Shown: piece by piece, positions 1-10,962 of the stretch
How positions within the stretch are numbered: the stretch's first letter is position 1
Layout of the letters: each line of letters begins with the position of its first letter
Virus record (IMG/VR): IMGVR_UViG_3300033143_003851
Location: 1 to 64,000 of that record
DNA length: 64,000 nucleotides
Reading direction: 5' to 3' (one strand)
Origin: a virus
Notes under the pieces: generated by a model
Told to the model about the DNA's origin: nothing
Seen by the model: only the letters and a program-made list of their open reading frames with translations
The model's database searches: none
Made by a program: the position numbers and the translations under genes

Positions 1-1
1 C

Positions 2-3000
2 TTCCACTTTGATAGAGGATATGTGCAAGATGGTGGCACTATGGTTTTTGGGGCACATGCTCATATCATTGATTCTGGTTGGTATGTGGATGGCAGCGGT
101 GCAGGGGGAACTGTAACCCAGGGCACAGCCACCTTAACTTGTGATGGCACAGGTGGAAATACAAAAGAATTTGTTATAGATCATGCAAACGGGCAAGTAT
201 ATGCTGATCTTGTGTTTGGTGGGGCTGCATATATTATCCGAGGGGATGAATCAACTATAGTATCTGGTGGTGCAGCGGTTGGTTTTGCCACCACAGTCAA
301 TATTGATATTCAATCTGGTTTGATACTAAAAGATGCATATATTGATACCTTTAGTAATGGGGCCATTATTAGCACAACTGGGGCAGCCCAATTTACCATG
401 ACCTTATCTGGCACAGTTGCACAAGACTTTTGTGGGGCCGGTTTGCTTGGTGATATTACTGGATGCAACACAACATATACTGGTGATGTGGTTTCAGATG
501 AAATCACATTAACTGCAAATCTATCCTGCTTAGACATTCATATTAACACAGTAACACTGGATACTGATACCTTTGATATTACTACTGCCGATGCCTGCAA
601 TATAAATGATGATGGGCATCTTAAGACTGCTGCTGATGCTGCAGGTAACTCATGGACATTTACCGACCATTTCACTTGTGCTGGTGGGATAGTAACTATT
701 ACGGTCAGTTCTGGTGGTGGTTTTACATGGAATATGGCTACTAGTAAATATATTATCGGTGCTGGTGGCTCTGATTCTACTTTTACGAGTACAGGAACCA
801 CAGGTAATGAGGTTAGTATTGTGTGGGCAGTAGCTAACAGTGCCAATGATTTTTCTTGGTTTTCTAATGTTACCATGATTTATACTGATTTTGATAAACC
901 TGATATTGTTATGTTACGAGACACTGTTGCTGATGTTACATATTGTGATGCAACCAACATAAACGGAAGTGGTTGGTATTTCCAAAGCACCACAATTACA
1001 GCATTCAATAATAATACTGGGGCTGGTGTTCGTGGAGCTAGTTTTGCTATGAGCACAACAGGGGATATTCACGATTGCACATTTACCGGGTCTGCTGGTG
1101 ATGTATGTTTTTATTATACCACCTCAGCAACTGTTGAAATGACCGATACTACTTTAACCAATACTACTGTTAATTTAGATGTTACCAGTTCTGGATCTGG
1201 TAACTTTTTCATATTAGATAACGAAGCATCTAATGTGCTTCGTTTTTGGGGAGTTGGGTCAACTTCTGAACAGACAGTCCACAATGGTAGTAGCACAGTC
1301 ATTATGTATACCAATGTAGACGATGGAGCATATGGTCGTTTAACAAATTTAACTGTTAATAGCGAAATGACCGTTGGTGGTGGTGTTATAATCGAATCCG
1401 GTTCTACAGTTACCCATAGTTCAAATTATATATATCTTAACACAACAAGTAAGATAGATAATCAAGGCACTTTTATTATAGCAACAACCACAACTGCCGG
1501 ATTCTCTGGTAGACTTGCTGTTGGAACTATTGAGTGGGATGGAAATGCCCCCGAGTTTACAGGGTTTACAGGAACCTATACTTTTGGTTATGGGGGTATT
1601 AGAGATGGTCCCGATTTTGATACAAATGACATTGTTATTACAACTGGGGATACTGGCGGAACTATTGTTATAAACCGAAACATAGACTGGCACACATTAA
1701 CTATCGCAGCCAGCGACACCATTGAAACTCCTAATAATGGTGGGGCACAAACAATCAACTTCACTGATGACATAGACATATCTGGAACCCTACAGCTTGG
1801 TAAAGGCACAATTACTGCAGCTGTTACATCGAATATAAGTAATAATAAAAATATAACAGTACAGTCTGGTGGTTCTTTTATTACAGTTGGAAATAATAGT
1901 TTTGATGTAGATATTGTTTGGGCAACGGGCAATGGAGGTGCCATAGATAACTACGGCACCTTAACTTTAGATTACGTTGACATAGATTATGTCAGCTACA
2001 TCAGGCTCAGGCCAAGTTCAGTTATAGATATTGATAACAGTGTTATATTAGGAGACAACTTTGGATTAGGATATGTGTTATATACAACATCTAGTACAGT
2101 AACATGGACTAAGTTAGATAACACAACTATTAGTGGGGCAACCACAGCGCTTGTAATACAGGCTGCTGGAGTATCAATTATTGACTTAATTCATACTTGC
2201 ACGTTTACAGGATCAGGCTCTTATGATGTTAAATTTAACTCTGTGGGCGGAACCCTTGAATTAATTAATTGTGATAATGATGGCGCTGCAGGATATTTAA
2301 ATGTATATATAACTAACTCTGGTGTATCAGATGATAGAGCTGGCATATCTGGAAGTCTTGTTATTCTTTATGGCACATTAACAACATCTGACTTAACATA
2401 TGGAGATTGGAGTGGTGCATCTAGTTTAAATATATACCCATCAACCAATGGCGTTAATGCGCTAGTTACTGCAGATGCCACTTGTACTACACATCATATT
2501 ACTATTCAATCTAGTCAGGTAATTCAGGTATCTGGAACAATAACTTTATCAACAACAGGAACCACTACTAATTCTGGCACATTTAGGTGCCTTGATGGTA
2601 TGGTATATGGTCCTAGTTCAGGTGCCCATAAGTGGTCAGGAACTGCCCCATATATTGGATATGACCACGCTAATGTCCCAACAGTTGAGTTTAAATTTAT
2701 GGATTTTGCAACTAACTCTATTACAGTCGACACAGTTCATGCGGGGGTTAAACTTGTTACTTCAGGAAATATATCATGGTATATACTTAATATTCAAATC
2801 GATGATTCTTGGTATCATCAAGATGATGCTACAACTATTACTTGGACCTCTGGCCAAACTTCCACTATCTACGCAGGTGGGTCTGCATTTGTTAATGGCA
2901 CATCTGGAAACCATGTAACTTGGACAGGAGCAGGACATGTTATTGATATGCTTGGCACATATATATTTGATTATCTGACAGTTGCAGATTCAGATGCAAG

Positions 3001-3484
3001 TGGGGGTAAAACAATATATGCCACTAACTCAACAGATGGGAGTGGAAATACTAATTGGTTGTTTGCTGGCGGAAGTACTTGGTATGGATTAACGCCATAT
3101 CAACTGACAGATGGCGTCAATCCAATTGTGCTGACAATCTCAGGTGATGTAACTATGACCTTAGGTTTAAAATACACAGAATATAGATTTCAGGCAGGTA
3201 ATAAACCAACGGTAGATCAGAATATTGTGGAAGTTAGGGGCAAGAAAAATATTAAAATTAGTTTAAGGTGCCATGATTTTACAGTTGGGTCAACTAACTT
3301 ACAGCAATTAGAAGAGTGGTTCCGAGAAGGGACCGCTGTGGATATTATAGATAAGCACTCGGGTAGCGGAATACAATTCTATTTTTACCAACCTAGTAGT
3401 TGGCGAATTACAAAACTGGCCCGCCAACTTAGAGTTGGTATTAGTAGTGTGGTATTTACAGTATATCTTGAGGAGGCAAGTTGA
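2..3484 (+). CDS. Large virion protein (5'-truncated): beta-helix/adhesin-like body with a C-terminal distal-tail (Dit)-like domain
   Basis: Frame is open from the window edge (TTC CAC TTT...GTG at 23). T/G/S/D/N-rich beta-solenoid-type repeats; last ~120 aa differ in composition; lies directly before the hub gene. Confidence 0.65.
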   Translation, partial: FHFDRGYVQDGGTMVFGAHAHIIDSGWYVDGSGAGGTVTQGTATLTCDGTGGNTKEFVIDHANGQVYADLVFGGAAYIIRGDESTIVSGGAAVGFATTVNIDIQSGLILKDAYIDTFSNGAIISTTGAAQFTMTLSGTVAQDFCGAGLLGDITGCNTTYTGDVVSDEITLTANLSCLDIHINTVTLDTDTFDITTADACNINDDGHLKTAADAAGNSWTFTDHFTCAGGIVTITVSSGGGFTWNMATSKYIIGAGGSDSTFTSTGTTGNEVSIVWAVANSANDFSWFSNVTMIYTDFDKPDIVMLRDTVADVTYCDATNINGSGWYFQSTTITAFNNNTGAGVRGASFAMSTTGDIHDCTFTGSAGDVCFYYTTSATVEMTDTTLTNTTVNLDVTSSGSGNFFILDNEASNVLRFWGVGSTSEQTVHNGSSTVIMYTNVDDGAYGRLTNLTVNSEMTVGGGVIIESGSTVTHSSNYIYLNTTSKIDNQGTFIIATTTTAGFSGRLAVGTIEWDGNAPEFTGFTGTYTFGYGGIRDGPDFDTNDIVITTGDTGGTIVINRNIDWHTLTIAASDTIETPNNGGAQTINFTDDIDISGTLQLGKGTITAAVTSNISNNKNITVQSGGSFITVGNNSFDVDIVWATGNGGAIDNYGTLTLDYVDIDYVSYIRLRPSSVIDIDNSVILGDNFGLGYVLYTTSSTVTWTKLDNTTISGATTALVIQAAGVSIIDLIHTCTFTGSGSYDVKFNSVGGTLELINCDNDGAAGYLNVYITNSGVSDDRAGISGSLVILYGTLTTSDLTYGDWSGASSLNIYPSTNGVNALVTADATCTTHHITIQSSQVIQVSGTITLSTTGTTTNSGTFRCLDGMVYGPSSGAHKWSGTAPYIGYDHANVPTVEFKFMDFATNSITVDTVHAGVKLVTSGNISWYILNIQIDDSWYHQDDATTITWTSGQTSTIYAGGSAFVNGTSGNHVTWTGAGHVIDMLGTYIFDYLTVADSDASGGKTIYATNSTDGSGNTNWLFAGGSTWYGLTPYQLTDGVNPIVLTISGDVTMTLGLKYTEYRFQAGNKPTVDQNIVEVRGKKNIKISLRCHDFTVGSTNLQQLEEWFREGTAVDIIDKHSGSGIQFYFYQPSSWRITKLARQLRVGISSVVFTVYLEEAS

Positions 3485-6400
3485 TGACACTAATTGATAT
3501 AGATAATTTTAGATATTATTTTGGACAATCACCAAACCAATATATATATAGTACAAACTTTGATACTACGAAAGTTGAAGTTATGGAGTATGTAGATACT
3601 TGGGAAATTCACAGAGATAACAATGGGCATGATTATTTATATGTTACTGTAAATAACCCTAATAACTATTTTCAAGATGCAACTTATGGTAGGCCTATTG
3701 ATTTCTCATACGGAGTTGAATTTAAATATATCACTAGTCAGGAGACAATAGATGAAGCTGAGTCTGGTTGGACATCTCAAGGAGGAGCACAGCTTGGAAC
3801 ACCAACTGCAGATAAAAATATATTAGTTGAAGGCACAGCCTCCCAAAGATATGATGTTACTGGCACAGTTAATGCCGGCACAGCGACTATATCTAAAACC
3901 AGCCTTAGTGTCAGTATTGTTTCTGGATATAGTGTAGAGGTTTGGATTCGTAGCTCAACTGCTTTAGATGCAGCAGATCTGTCTCTTAAAACATATAGTG
4001 GTTCATATTCTCTTGAGGAAACTCTTGATAGCCTTAATGATATTAAGGTTAACGAGTGGACAAGGCTTAGATTTGAAGATACAACTAAGTCTTACACAAT
4101 GACCAGGTTAGATATATATCCTAATGCTACCCCTACTTGGACTAGTGGAGATAAAGTATATATTGACAAGGCACTATTAGTTAAGACGGTTAAAACTATA
4201 TTTAAAGGGGAACTAAACCCAATTGATTTTAATAGTGGTGCCAAGAAAAATATGTTAAAGTTATATGCTAGGGGGGCAGGCAAATATGCGATGGAAAATA
4301 TTATGTCTAGAGACTATCTGGCAAAGGACTTTAAATATATAGAAGATATAATTATAGATATTGTAGATAACCTCACATCCTTAGGGGAATCAACAGGATA
4401 CAATATAGACATATATGCACCGGTATCGGGTTCAGATGTTGCTATAGCTTCTGTAGATGCTGGAGATAAACATATTGTGGATCGGGACTTTAGGTTTAGA
4501 AATGTTAGCCCAAATGATGCCATAGAACAGCTTTGCACGTATGCTAGGATAGGATATTATTTCCACGCAGATGCCACTACAGGTGGGCTAAGACTAACAC
4601 TAAAATCAAGATCTACTGACACGGCTGACCACACTATTACAGCCGATAATTTTCACATAGGTAAAATTAAATTTAAAGAATATAACGATAACACGGTTTC
4701 CAGAGTTATTGTGGTTGGAAAAGATGGAATATCTGCAACTCAAACTAATAAAGTTGCTTTAGATGCAGGATATACAACTACTAAGGTGTTAGAGAAAGGG
4801 GGTTTAACTACAGTGCATGAGTGTGCTGAAGCTGCCCACTATGAGATTATTAAAAATAGCTCGAACGATGATATTATTGAAACTACCCTTAATCCTAATA
4901 ATACTGATATTGGAGATGATTTCTTATTTGTTGAGCCATATGATGTATTTTCAATTACAGACAACGATGTTGGATTAAGTGCTGATAAGTATAATATTGT
5001 TACATATATGTTCAGGTGCAGTTCTATTTTTGATATTAATGCTACCTTTGGAGACACATATAAAACTCACTGGTTAAGATTCTATGAGATGATGCAAGAT
5101 CAGGAAAAAGATAGTACTATGGAATCTGTGCCAATTCACTATAGAACTACTGCTGCTACAATTGATATTGATTATAATTACCACACAGATACTTTTGGGA
5201 CAGATACAACAGACGTAACATCTAAGTCGGCTGGTAGGCGGGAGATGACAAAAAATATCTCTGACCAGTTTATTGTTGGTCTTGAAGGAAGTGGATTTAG
5301 ATATGCGCTGGTCAAAGATGGGGCAAATTTCTTACAAGAGAAAGCAGAGGTTCTTACTAATGTAGTAATTACACTGGATGACTCAAATAAACTTGTCAGA
5401 ACATACTTAGGATATGATTGGACTAACCCATATGGTGTTAGTAAAGATATGGATTATGTATATCCTGTTATCGAAGAGGTTACAGAACTAACTCAAGATA
5501 TTACGAAGGGCGACAACGAAGTTGTAGTCAGGTCTGCTGTCGGAGGCAACACAGCTAATAAACCATTTACAATATCATATAGGAATGAGGCTAAGGTTGT
5601 TTGGGTGGATGGAAATAATTTTGCTATAGATGCCGATGACTATGATATATTTTTAGATGGAGAAACTATCCAAATTCAATATGCAGATGGAACCACAGAT
5701 GAAATTGATATTAATATGAGTAATGCCGAAAAACTTGCTAATGTTATTGAGCGAGACGGTGGGTCCAGTGGGGGAGCCCCTACAGTTGGTTCCACAGTAT
5801 ATGTTGAAGGCACAGAGGAATGCTATGTGTCCAGCATTAGCTATACAAATAATGAAGATACAATTACAATTGATACAGCTGGGCCTAGTTCAGCTGTCCT
5901 CACTAGAGCAATCCAAGCAGGTGCCAAAGTATACAAATATTTTATTACAGGGTTTGAGAATGACGATGCCCTAACTGGGCCAGTAACAGTTACGGCATCT
6001 AGTACGGAAACAGTATATTTTGTAGTCTTGTTGACATCTGATACAACAACTAGCTCATATAATAAAAGCTATGTTACTAAAGAGGGGTTACTATATATTG
6101 CTAACCAGATTATAGCTGGACCAGATGGTAATGGAAATCGAGAAGAAAACAATGTTCAAAAGCTATATGGAGCCATAGGGGACAGCACAACAGCTTTATC
6201 GTATGATTGGAGTTGGCAACAGAATAATACAAATATTACTATGGAGTTAGATGGTGCTTGGGGGGCAACATATCAGCCAGATATAGTTGTTGGTTCTGAT
6301 ACTGTTCATGCTACACCAGTTCCGAGTGGGGGACAAACAACTCCCACTAAATTTAAGGCAGCTACGCTGGCTCAAGCAGATGACTATTGGAACAACTATG

Positions 6401-9400
6401 AGGTTGTTTTCACATCTGGTAATAACGACGGTGAGCGGAGAAAAATTATTGATTGGACTCAGAGTGGTGGCGTTATAGAAGTTGGGTCTCCTTGGCCTAG
6501 TTTCCCAGACGCTGGAGATAGTTTTTATATTGAGCCCCCTATTCAAGTAGGAGACTATATATACTATGACTCAGGGGACAACTATGATGGTGTTAGTGGG
6601 TCCGAAACAAAGACTATGTTTTTAAAAGTTCTTGGGTTTACAGGTGGGCCACCTAAAACAACCATTGAGGTTGAGGCTAACAACAGAACAGGCACAATTG
6701 CTACAGGCACAAGTATCACTCTTATTGCTAATGGTGAGTTATCTTCTGAGATAAACAGAATAAATAGTAGTGTTGCAGGTGTCCTACAGGGAGACACGGA
6801 CTCTACATATCATATTAAAATAGTTACAGATATTAGTGCAACTCAATCAGGAGAGGCAACTAGTAGTGGGGCTGCAACTGGAGAATATACAGAAATTACC
6901 GAAGCAGGGGTATTTACAGAGGATTCTAATATAGACTCTGATCTACAATATTACCTTGGAGATGTGAGTTGGTCAAATGAAGAGGTGGCGCTTGGGTATG
7001 GAGATGACCCATATAACAATATGACTCAATCTAACGCAGTAGACAGCGAAAACAATGCCCTGGCTCCTAGATCTGTTGATATGACAGATGCATACAATAT
7101 ATGTTATGTTAGTGGTAGCACGGGGAATCAATATTATCCTATCAGAGGATATATGCTTAGAGCGGGAGATCTTACATCTGATGTTAATAAAGAGTCTCTT
7201 GAGTGGTTGTTAGGAAACGAGTTTAATTATTCTAGAGTTGTGCCAGGCAGCGCTTTAAATAGCGTATATGATGGTGTAGCTAAGCCTAATGCCATAACAG
7301 GGTGGGGAGAAGCGTGGTTTTATGGAACATATGGTCCTGGGTTAGCTATCCCCCAACTGTCAGGTGGAGCAGACAGTACTAATGTTGCAACTATTGTGTC
7401 AGCTTACAACGCTATTCAGATATATGAGTTTGTTATCCCCAGAGAGTTTGATGCAGCAGATGTTAAGAAGATGACATTTCACTGGGCTGGGGTTGCTAGT
7501 AATGCTATAGAAACATATATATGGCAACAGAGTAGCAGAGAGTGGGTAGATTTACCACTGAAATCATCTAGAGGTTTCTCAGCTTCCAATATATTAGATA
7601 ACAACACAAACTATTTCTATGGCAAATCTACCAAGTCTGATGATATGAGTAAGACCATAACAACAGATGGTAAGATTTTTATCATGTTAGTTAGTTACCC
7701 GCTTACAGGGGAATTTGGAAAAATATATACTGATTTTGCCTTCGCCAACATATCAACTGACAAGATTAATTTTAACCAAGGCTCAGGAAAATATAGAAAA
7801 GGAATAGACTATTACTATGATAGAACTAATGATCCAGAATATATATGGTGGGACTATGTTGATCCTATAGAACATGTTGATAGTATTAGTAGTCTTGAAG
7901 GGGTAGCTGACGACAGGGCCAGTTTTATCCTTGTGCCGAGTAATTTGGACTTATATGTTAAAGGAGATTATATATATCTTGAAAACAGCGTAGGAACTAT
8001 ATATTCTACAGTTGTTTTAGAAAAATACTCTGACAGGTTGATTATAGATGGCACAAGTATTAATGAGGCAGACTTAGCTGTTAACGACAAAATATATTTA
8101 TTAAGGTCTGAAAACAATAAAAAGATTGATATACATGGGAAAACCTATCATAAGGATATTCCTAACAAAACAAACATATCAGATAGTTACCCAACGCTAC
8201 ATAGTGATGAGTCGGTCTCACTATATGAGGGGTTTGAAAATGGGGGAGACGGAGACACAGTATCTACTGACAACACAAATCTTAATAGTGTTACAGGAAC
8301 CGTAACATTTGATGACACGTATGTTTTTGGTCCGAAGAGTGATATGGGGGCCAAAATAGACAACGGAGAAGAAGTGAGGCTGACAGCCAGTACTACTACA
8401 TCACACAATGTTGCATCTGTAGATGTATATACAACATCAGGCGGAGCAGGGGCAGGTGTGTCTTATGTTGCGCTATTAAATTCTAGCGGGACAGTAAAAG
8501 CAGGCCTCAGATTTAGTAAAACAAATACTGATATAGAGGTATATGATGGGACTTCTTGGCAAACCCCTGATCCGGCATTTATTTGGCAACATGGACAATG
8601 GTATAATATTACTATAATGTGGACAACCACAGAAGCAATATATTTTGTTAATGGGATTGCTATATCTGAGACACTAACAAGTGGGGCTGTATGGAGTGCC
8701 AGTGGAGCCACAGTAGCATCATTCAGCGCTGGTAACAGCGCTACAACTATTAATATGTATATAGATAATATGTATGTTGGTAGGGGGCCAACTACTAAGT
8801 TTGTCTTTAAGTCTGAGGGGGCATCTAGCTTTGCTGAGGCCACCCACAACAAAAGAGGGTTCCTACAATATGCTCCAAGCGAGTTAGTAGTTGTAGATGG
8901 AGCAAGCGGAGACAAATATTCAAGTTTAAATACATATATTGATGGCGGGATTGTAAGGGCAGCCGTGATTGAATATATTGATACAACATATGATAAGATT
9001 CACCTATCTATAATAAATACAGACAGGTATAGCGACCAAACAGATATTACATCTAGAAGTGGTGGGATGACGCCTTTTGCAGGACCAATTGACACAGGCG
9101 ACATAGACCTAGATTTAGATGGTGGTGAAATAGGAGACAACTTAAATATAATATGTGATGCAAGAACTCCAGCTATATCTCATCACGGAGTAGCTATAGG
9201 AGATACATATTATGGGGCAGCCCCAGCTTGGAAAACATTTAATACTGGAGGTGGGGCAACTAAAAAATATATATTAACCAGTAGGTTTGCTAACTTTAAG
9301 GTTAGCTCTATATCAGATGGTGCCAGTGATTGGATTGTTGAGTTGTGGACTGGTCCTGGAGATGGGGCTGGCGGGATAGCTAACTTTGGATATCTGTCTG

Positions 9401-10728
9401 GATATATGTATATTCCTGCAACTCCTCAGGCATCTGTTATCAGAACTATGATGGACACAGGGTCCGACTTCTTTGAGCCATATAGCTTCGGACATATGAG
9501 CCTGTATAAAATAGATTTATCTCCAGCTGCTGCTGATAAATATGGTGAGTTGTATACAGGACTTAAATACAGCTTATTAAGCGGAGATAGTTATATGATA
9601 TTAGATGAAGAATATCAACCAATAACTGGAATCCCAAAAGTTCAAACAGGTATGGTATTTGGGTTATCTGTTGGCAATAACCCAGCAGATGCCAGAGATA
9701 CTGGAAACAGCGGAGATGTTCAATATTTTCAAGTTGACCATGCAGAGATGTATCCTAGACAATCTACTGAAACATGGTATGGATATAGTGCTCCCCAGTC
9801 ATTTAACGACACCGAAATTATTGGTATAACTAATAGTCCTAGTACGTGGACGGGCTGGAAATGGGATATTAGTATAGACGCTGCCTGCACATGCGACTTA
9901 GAAGAAGACTTAGTATTTAGAAGCGACAGACGAATTAAACTATATGCTACAAACGTAACTGGTAGAGAATCTGCTATAGTTAATAGGGGCAGAATAGCCG
10001 ACAGACAAACTGTAAGAATATATTTTAAAGTAGACAGTGAAAACGCAAACTGCACATTTGATATAGGAGAAGCAAGCGGTTCCCTTAACAATATTCAAAC
10101 AAGAATTAGTAGTGGAATGATTCAAATATATGATGGTAACGGAGCTGCGTGGATTGATATATATCAAATTACAGCCACCACAAAAGACAACTGGTTCAAG
10201 TTAGATATAGAATTAGATTATAATAGAGGAGCCAGAGTATATTATGAAATATTAAATACAACAACTAGTGGCTCATCTGATTGGTATAGATACACATTTT
10301 CATTTACTGAGCTTAAGACAATTAAAATTGCAGCAGATGGAAACAACTCTAATGCCACCACATTATATGTTGGAGATGTGTCCCTCTTTGGAGGAGACAC
10401 ATCAGGGAGCACTAAGACATATGTTCATTTAGCTGACACAAGCACCATTACATATACAACTTCTAATTATGTATTTAAATATATGTCAGAAAGAGGGGTG
10501 GCAGACTTTGTGTGGGTTAATCCATATGTTGGTTTGAAACAGGGACACAAGGCAGATATAAGTATGCTGTATCAGAAAGGGGCAAACTATACTGTTACAT
10601 ATGCTAAAGGTCATGGAGTTTGTTTAGTTAGGAGTTTGTTGTCTGACATTTCTCCTGACTCACCTATAAAGATGCGAGCAGGGGAAAAAACAGTTCTCAC
10701 TCAGGATATTCAACTAGTGTTTACTTAA
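3481..10728 (+). CDS. Giant tail-tip/baseplate hub protein (2415 aa) with inserted carbohydrate-binding/LamG-like modules
   Basis: Hub-like N-terminus (IFKG..., DAIEQLC..., SRVIVVG); several Trp-rich beta-sandwich segments; split tail-fibre collar-like motifs; last gene of the tail module. Confidence 0.7.
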   Translation: MMTLIDIDNFRYYFGQSPNQYIYSTNFDTTKVEVMEYVDTWEIHRDNNGHDYLYVTVNNPNNYFQDATYGRPIDFSYGVEFKYITSQETIDEAESGWTSQGGAQLGTPTADKNILVEGTASQRYDVTGTVNAGTATISKTSLSVSIVSGYSVEVWIRSSTALDAADLSLKTYSGSYSLEETLDSLNDIKVNEWTRLRFEDTTKSYTMTRLDIYPNATPTWTSGDKVYIDKALLVKTVKTIFKGELNPIDFNSGAKKNMLKLYARGAGKYAMENIMSRDYLAKDFKYIEDIIIDIVDNLTSLGESTGYNIDIYAPVSGSDVAIASVDAGDKHIVDRDFRFRNVSPNDAIEQLCTYARIGYYFHADATTGGLRLTLKSRSTDTADHTITADNFHIGKIKFKEYNDNTVSRVIVVGKDGISATQTNKVALDAGYTTTKVLEKGGLTTVHECAEAAHYEIIKNSSNDDIIETTLNPNNTDIGDDFLFVEPYDVFSITDNDVGLSADKYNIVTYMFRCSSIFDINATFGDTYKTHWLRFYEMMQDQEKDSTMESVPIHYRTTAATIDIDYNYHTDTFGTDTTDVTSKSAGRREMTKNISDQFIVGLEGSGFRYALVKDGANFLQEKAEVLTNVVITLDDSNKLVRTYLGYDWTNPYGVSKDMDYVYPVIEEVTELTQDITKGDNEVVVRSAVGGNTANKPFTISYRNEAKVVWVDGNNFAIDADDYDIFLDGETIQIQYADGTTDEIDINMSNAEKLANVIERDGGSSGGAPTVGSTVYVEGTEECYVSSISYTNNEDTITIDTAGPSSAVLTRAIQAGAKVYKYFITGFENDDALTGPVTVTASSTETVYFVVLLTSDTTTSSYNKSYVTKEGLLYIANQIIAGPDGNGNREENNVQKLYGAIGDSTTALSYDWSWQQNNTNITMELDGAWGATYQPDIVVGSDTVHATPVPSGGQTTPTKFKAATLAQADDYWNNYEVVFTSGNNDGERRKIIDWTQSGGVIEVGSPWPSFPDAGDSFYIEPPIQVGDYIYYDSGDNYDGVSGSETKTMFLKVLGFTGGPPKTTIEVEANNRTGTIATGTSITLIANGELSSEINRINSSVAGVLQGDTDSTYHIKIVTDISATQSGEATSSGAATGEYTEITEAGVFTEDSNIDSDLQYYLGDVSWSNEEVALGYGDDPYNNMTQSNAVDSENNALAPRSVDMTDAYNICYVSGSTGNQYYPIRGYMLRAGDLTSDVNKESLEWLLGNEFNYSRVVPGSALNSVYDGVAKPNAITGWGEAWFYGTYGPGLAIPQLSGGADSTNVATIVSAYNAIQIYEFVIPREFDAADVKKMTFHWAGVASNAIETYIWQQSSREWVDLPLKSSRGFSASNILDNNTNYFYGKSTKSDDMSKTITTDGKIFIMLVSYPLTGEFGKIYTDFAFANISTDKINFNQGSGKYRKGIDYYYDRTNDPEYIWWDYVDPIEHVDSISSLEGVADDRASFILVPSNLDLYVKGDYIYLENSVGTIYSTVVLEKYSDRLIIDGTSINEADLAVNDKIYLLRSENNKKIDIHGKTYHKDIPNKTNISDSYPTLHSDESVSLYEGFENGGDGDTVSTDNTNLNSVTGTVTFDDTYVFGPKSDMGAKIDNGEEVRLTASTTTSHNVASVDVYTTSGGAGAGVSYVALLNSSGTVKAGLRFSKTNTDIEVYDGTSWQTPDPAFIWQHGQWYNITIMWTTTEAIYFVNGIAISETLTSGAVWSASGATVASFSAGNSATTINMYIDNMYVGRGPTTKFVFKSEGASSFAEATHNKRGFLQYAPSELVVVDGASGDKYSSLNTYIDGGIVRAAVIEYIDTTYDKIHLSIINTDRYSDQTDITSRSGGMTPFAGPIDTGDIDLDLDGGEIGDNLNIICDARTPAISHHGVAIGDTYYGAAPAWKTFNTGGGATKKYILTSRFANFKVSSISDGASDWIVELWTGPGDGAGGIANFGYLSGYMYIPATPQASVIRTMMDTGSDFFEPYSFGHMSLYKIDLSPAAADKYGELYTGLKYSLLSGDSYMILDEEYQPITGIPKVQTGMVFGLSVGNNPADARDTGNSGDVQYFQVDHAEMYPRQSTETWYGYSAPQSFNDTEIIGITNSPSTWTGWKWDISIDAACTCDLEEDLVFRSDRRIKLYATNVTGRESAIVNRGRIADRQTVRIYFKVDSENANCTFDIGEASGSLNNIQTRISSGMIQIYDGNGAAWIDIYQITATTKDNWFKLDIELDYNRGARVYYEILNTTTSGSSDWYRYTFSFTELKTIKIAADGNNSNATTLYVGDVSLFGGDTSGSTKTYVHLADTSTITYTTSNYVFKYMSERGVADFVWVNPYVGLKQGHKADISMLYQKGANYTVTYAKGHGVCLVRSLLSDISPDSPIKMRAGEKTVLTQDIQLVFT

Positions 10729-10730
10729 TT

Positions 10731-10744
10731 ATATCACGTGATAT
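10731..10744. terminator. Perfect palindrome ATATCACGTGATAT between convergent gene arms
   Basis: 14-bp palindrome in the 21-nt gap between the + and - strand stop codons. Confidence 0.4.
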
Positions 10745-10749
10745 GATAA

Positions 10750-10926
10750 TTACCCCAGTAACATTTTATTATGAGCAATATCTTTGTTTAGTTTTTGTCG
10801 TTGTTTAGTTTGAAAGGCTAGTTGCTTTTTTAATCTACACCTATTACAACACCTATAATAGCCTTCTCCATCTGGTTCAGATAAAAACTCTATATTACAA
10901 TCATCGCATTTCACTCTAGCTGGCAT
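10750..10926 (-). CDS. Small Zn-finger protein (58 aa; not in ORF track)
   Basis: MPARVKCDDC...RCCNRCRLKK; two CxxC pairs. Confidence 0.6.
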   Translation of the reverse strand: MPARVKCDDCNIEFLSEPDGEGYYRCCNRCRLKKQLAFQTKQRQKLNKDIAHNKMLLG

Positions 10927-10962
10927 AGTGTTTTATCCCTCACAAATATATAGTTTATTTTT

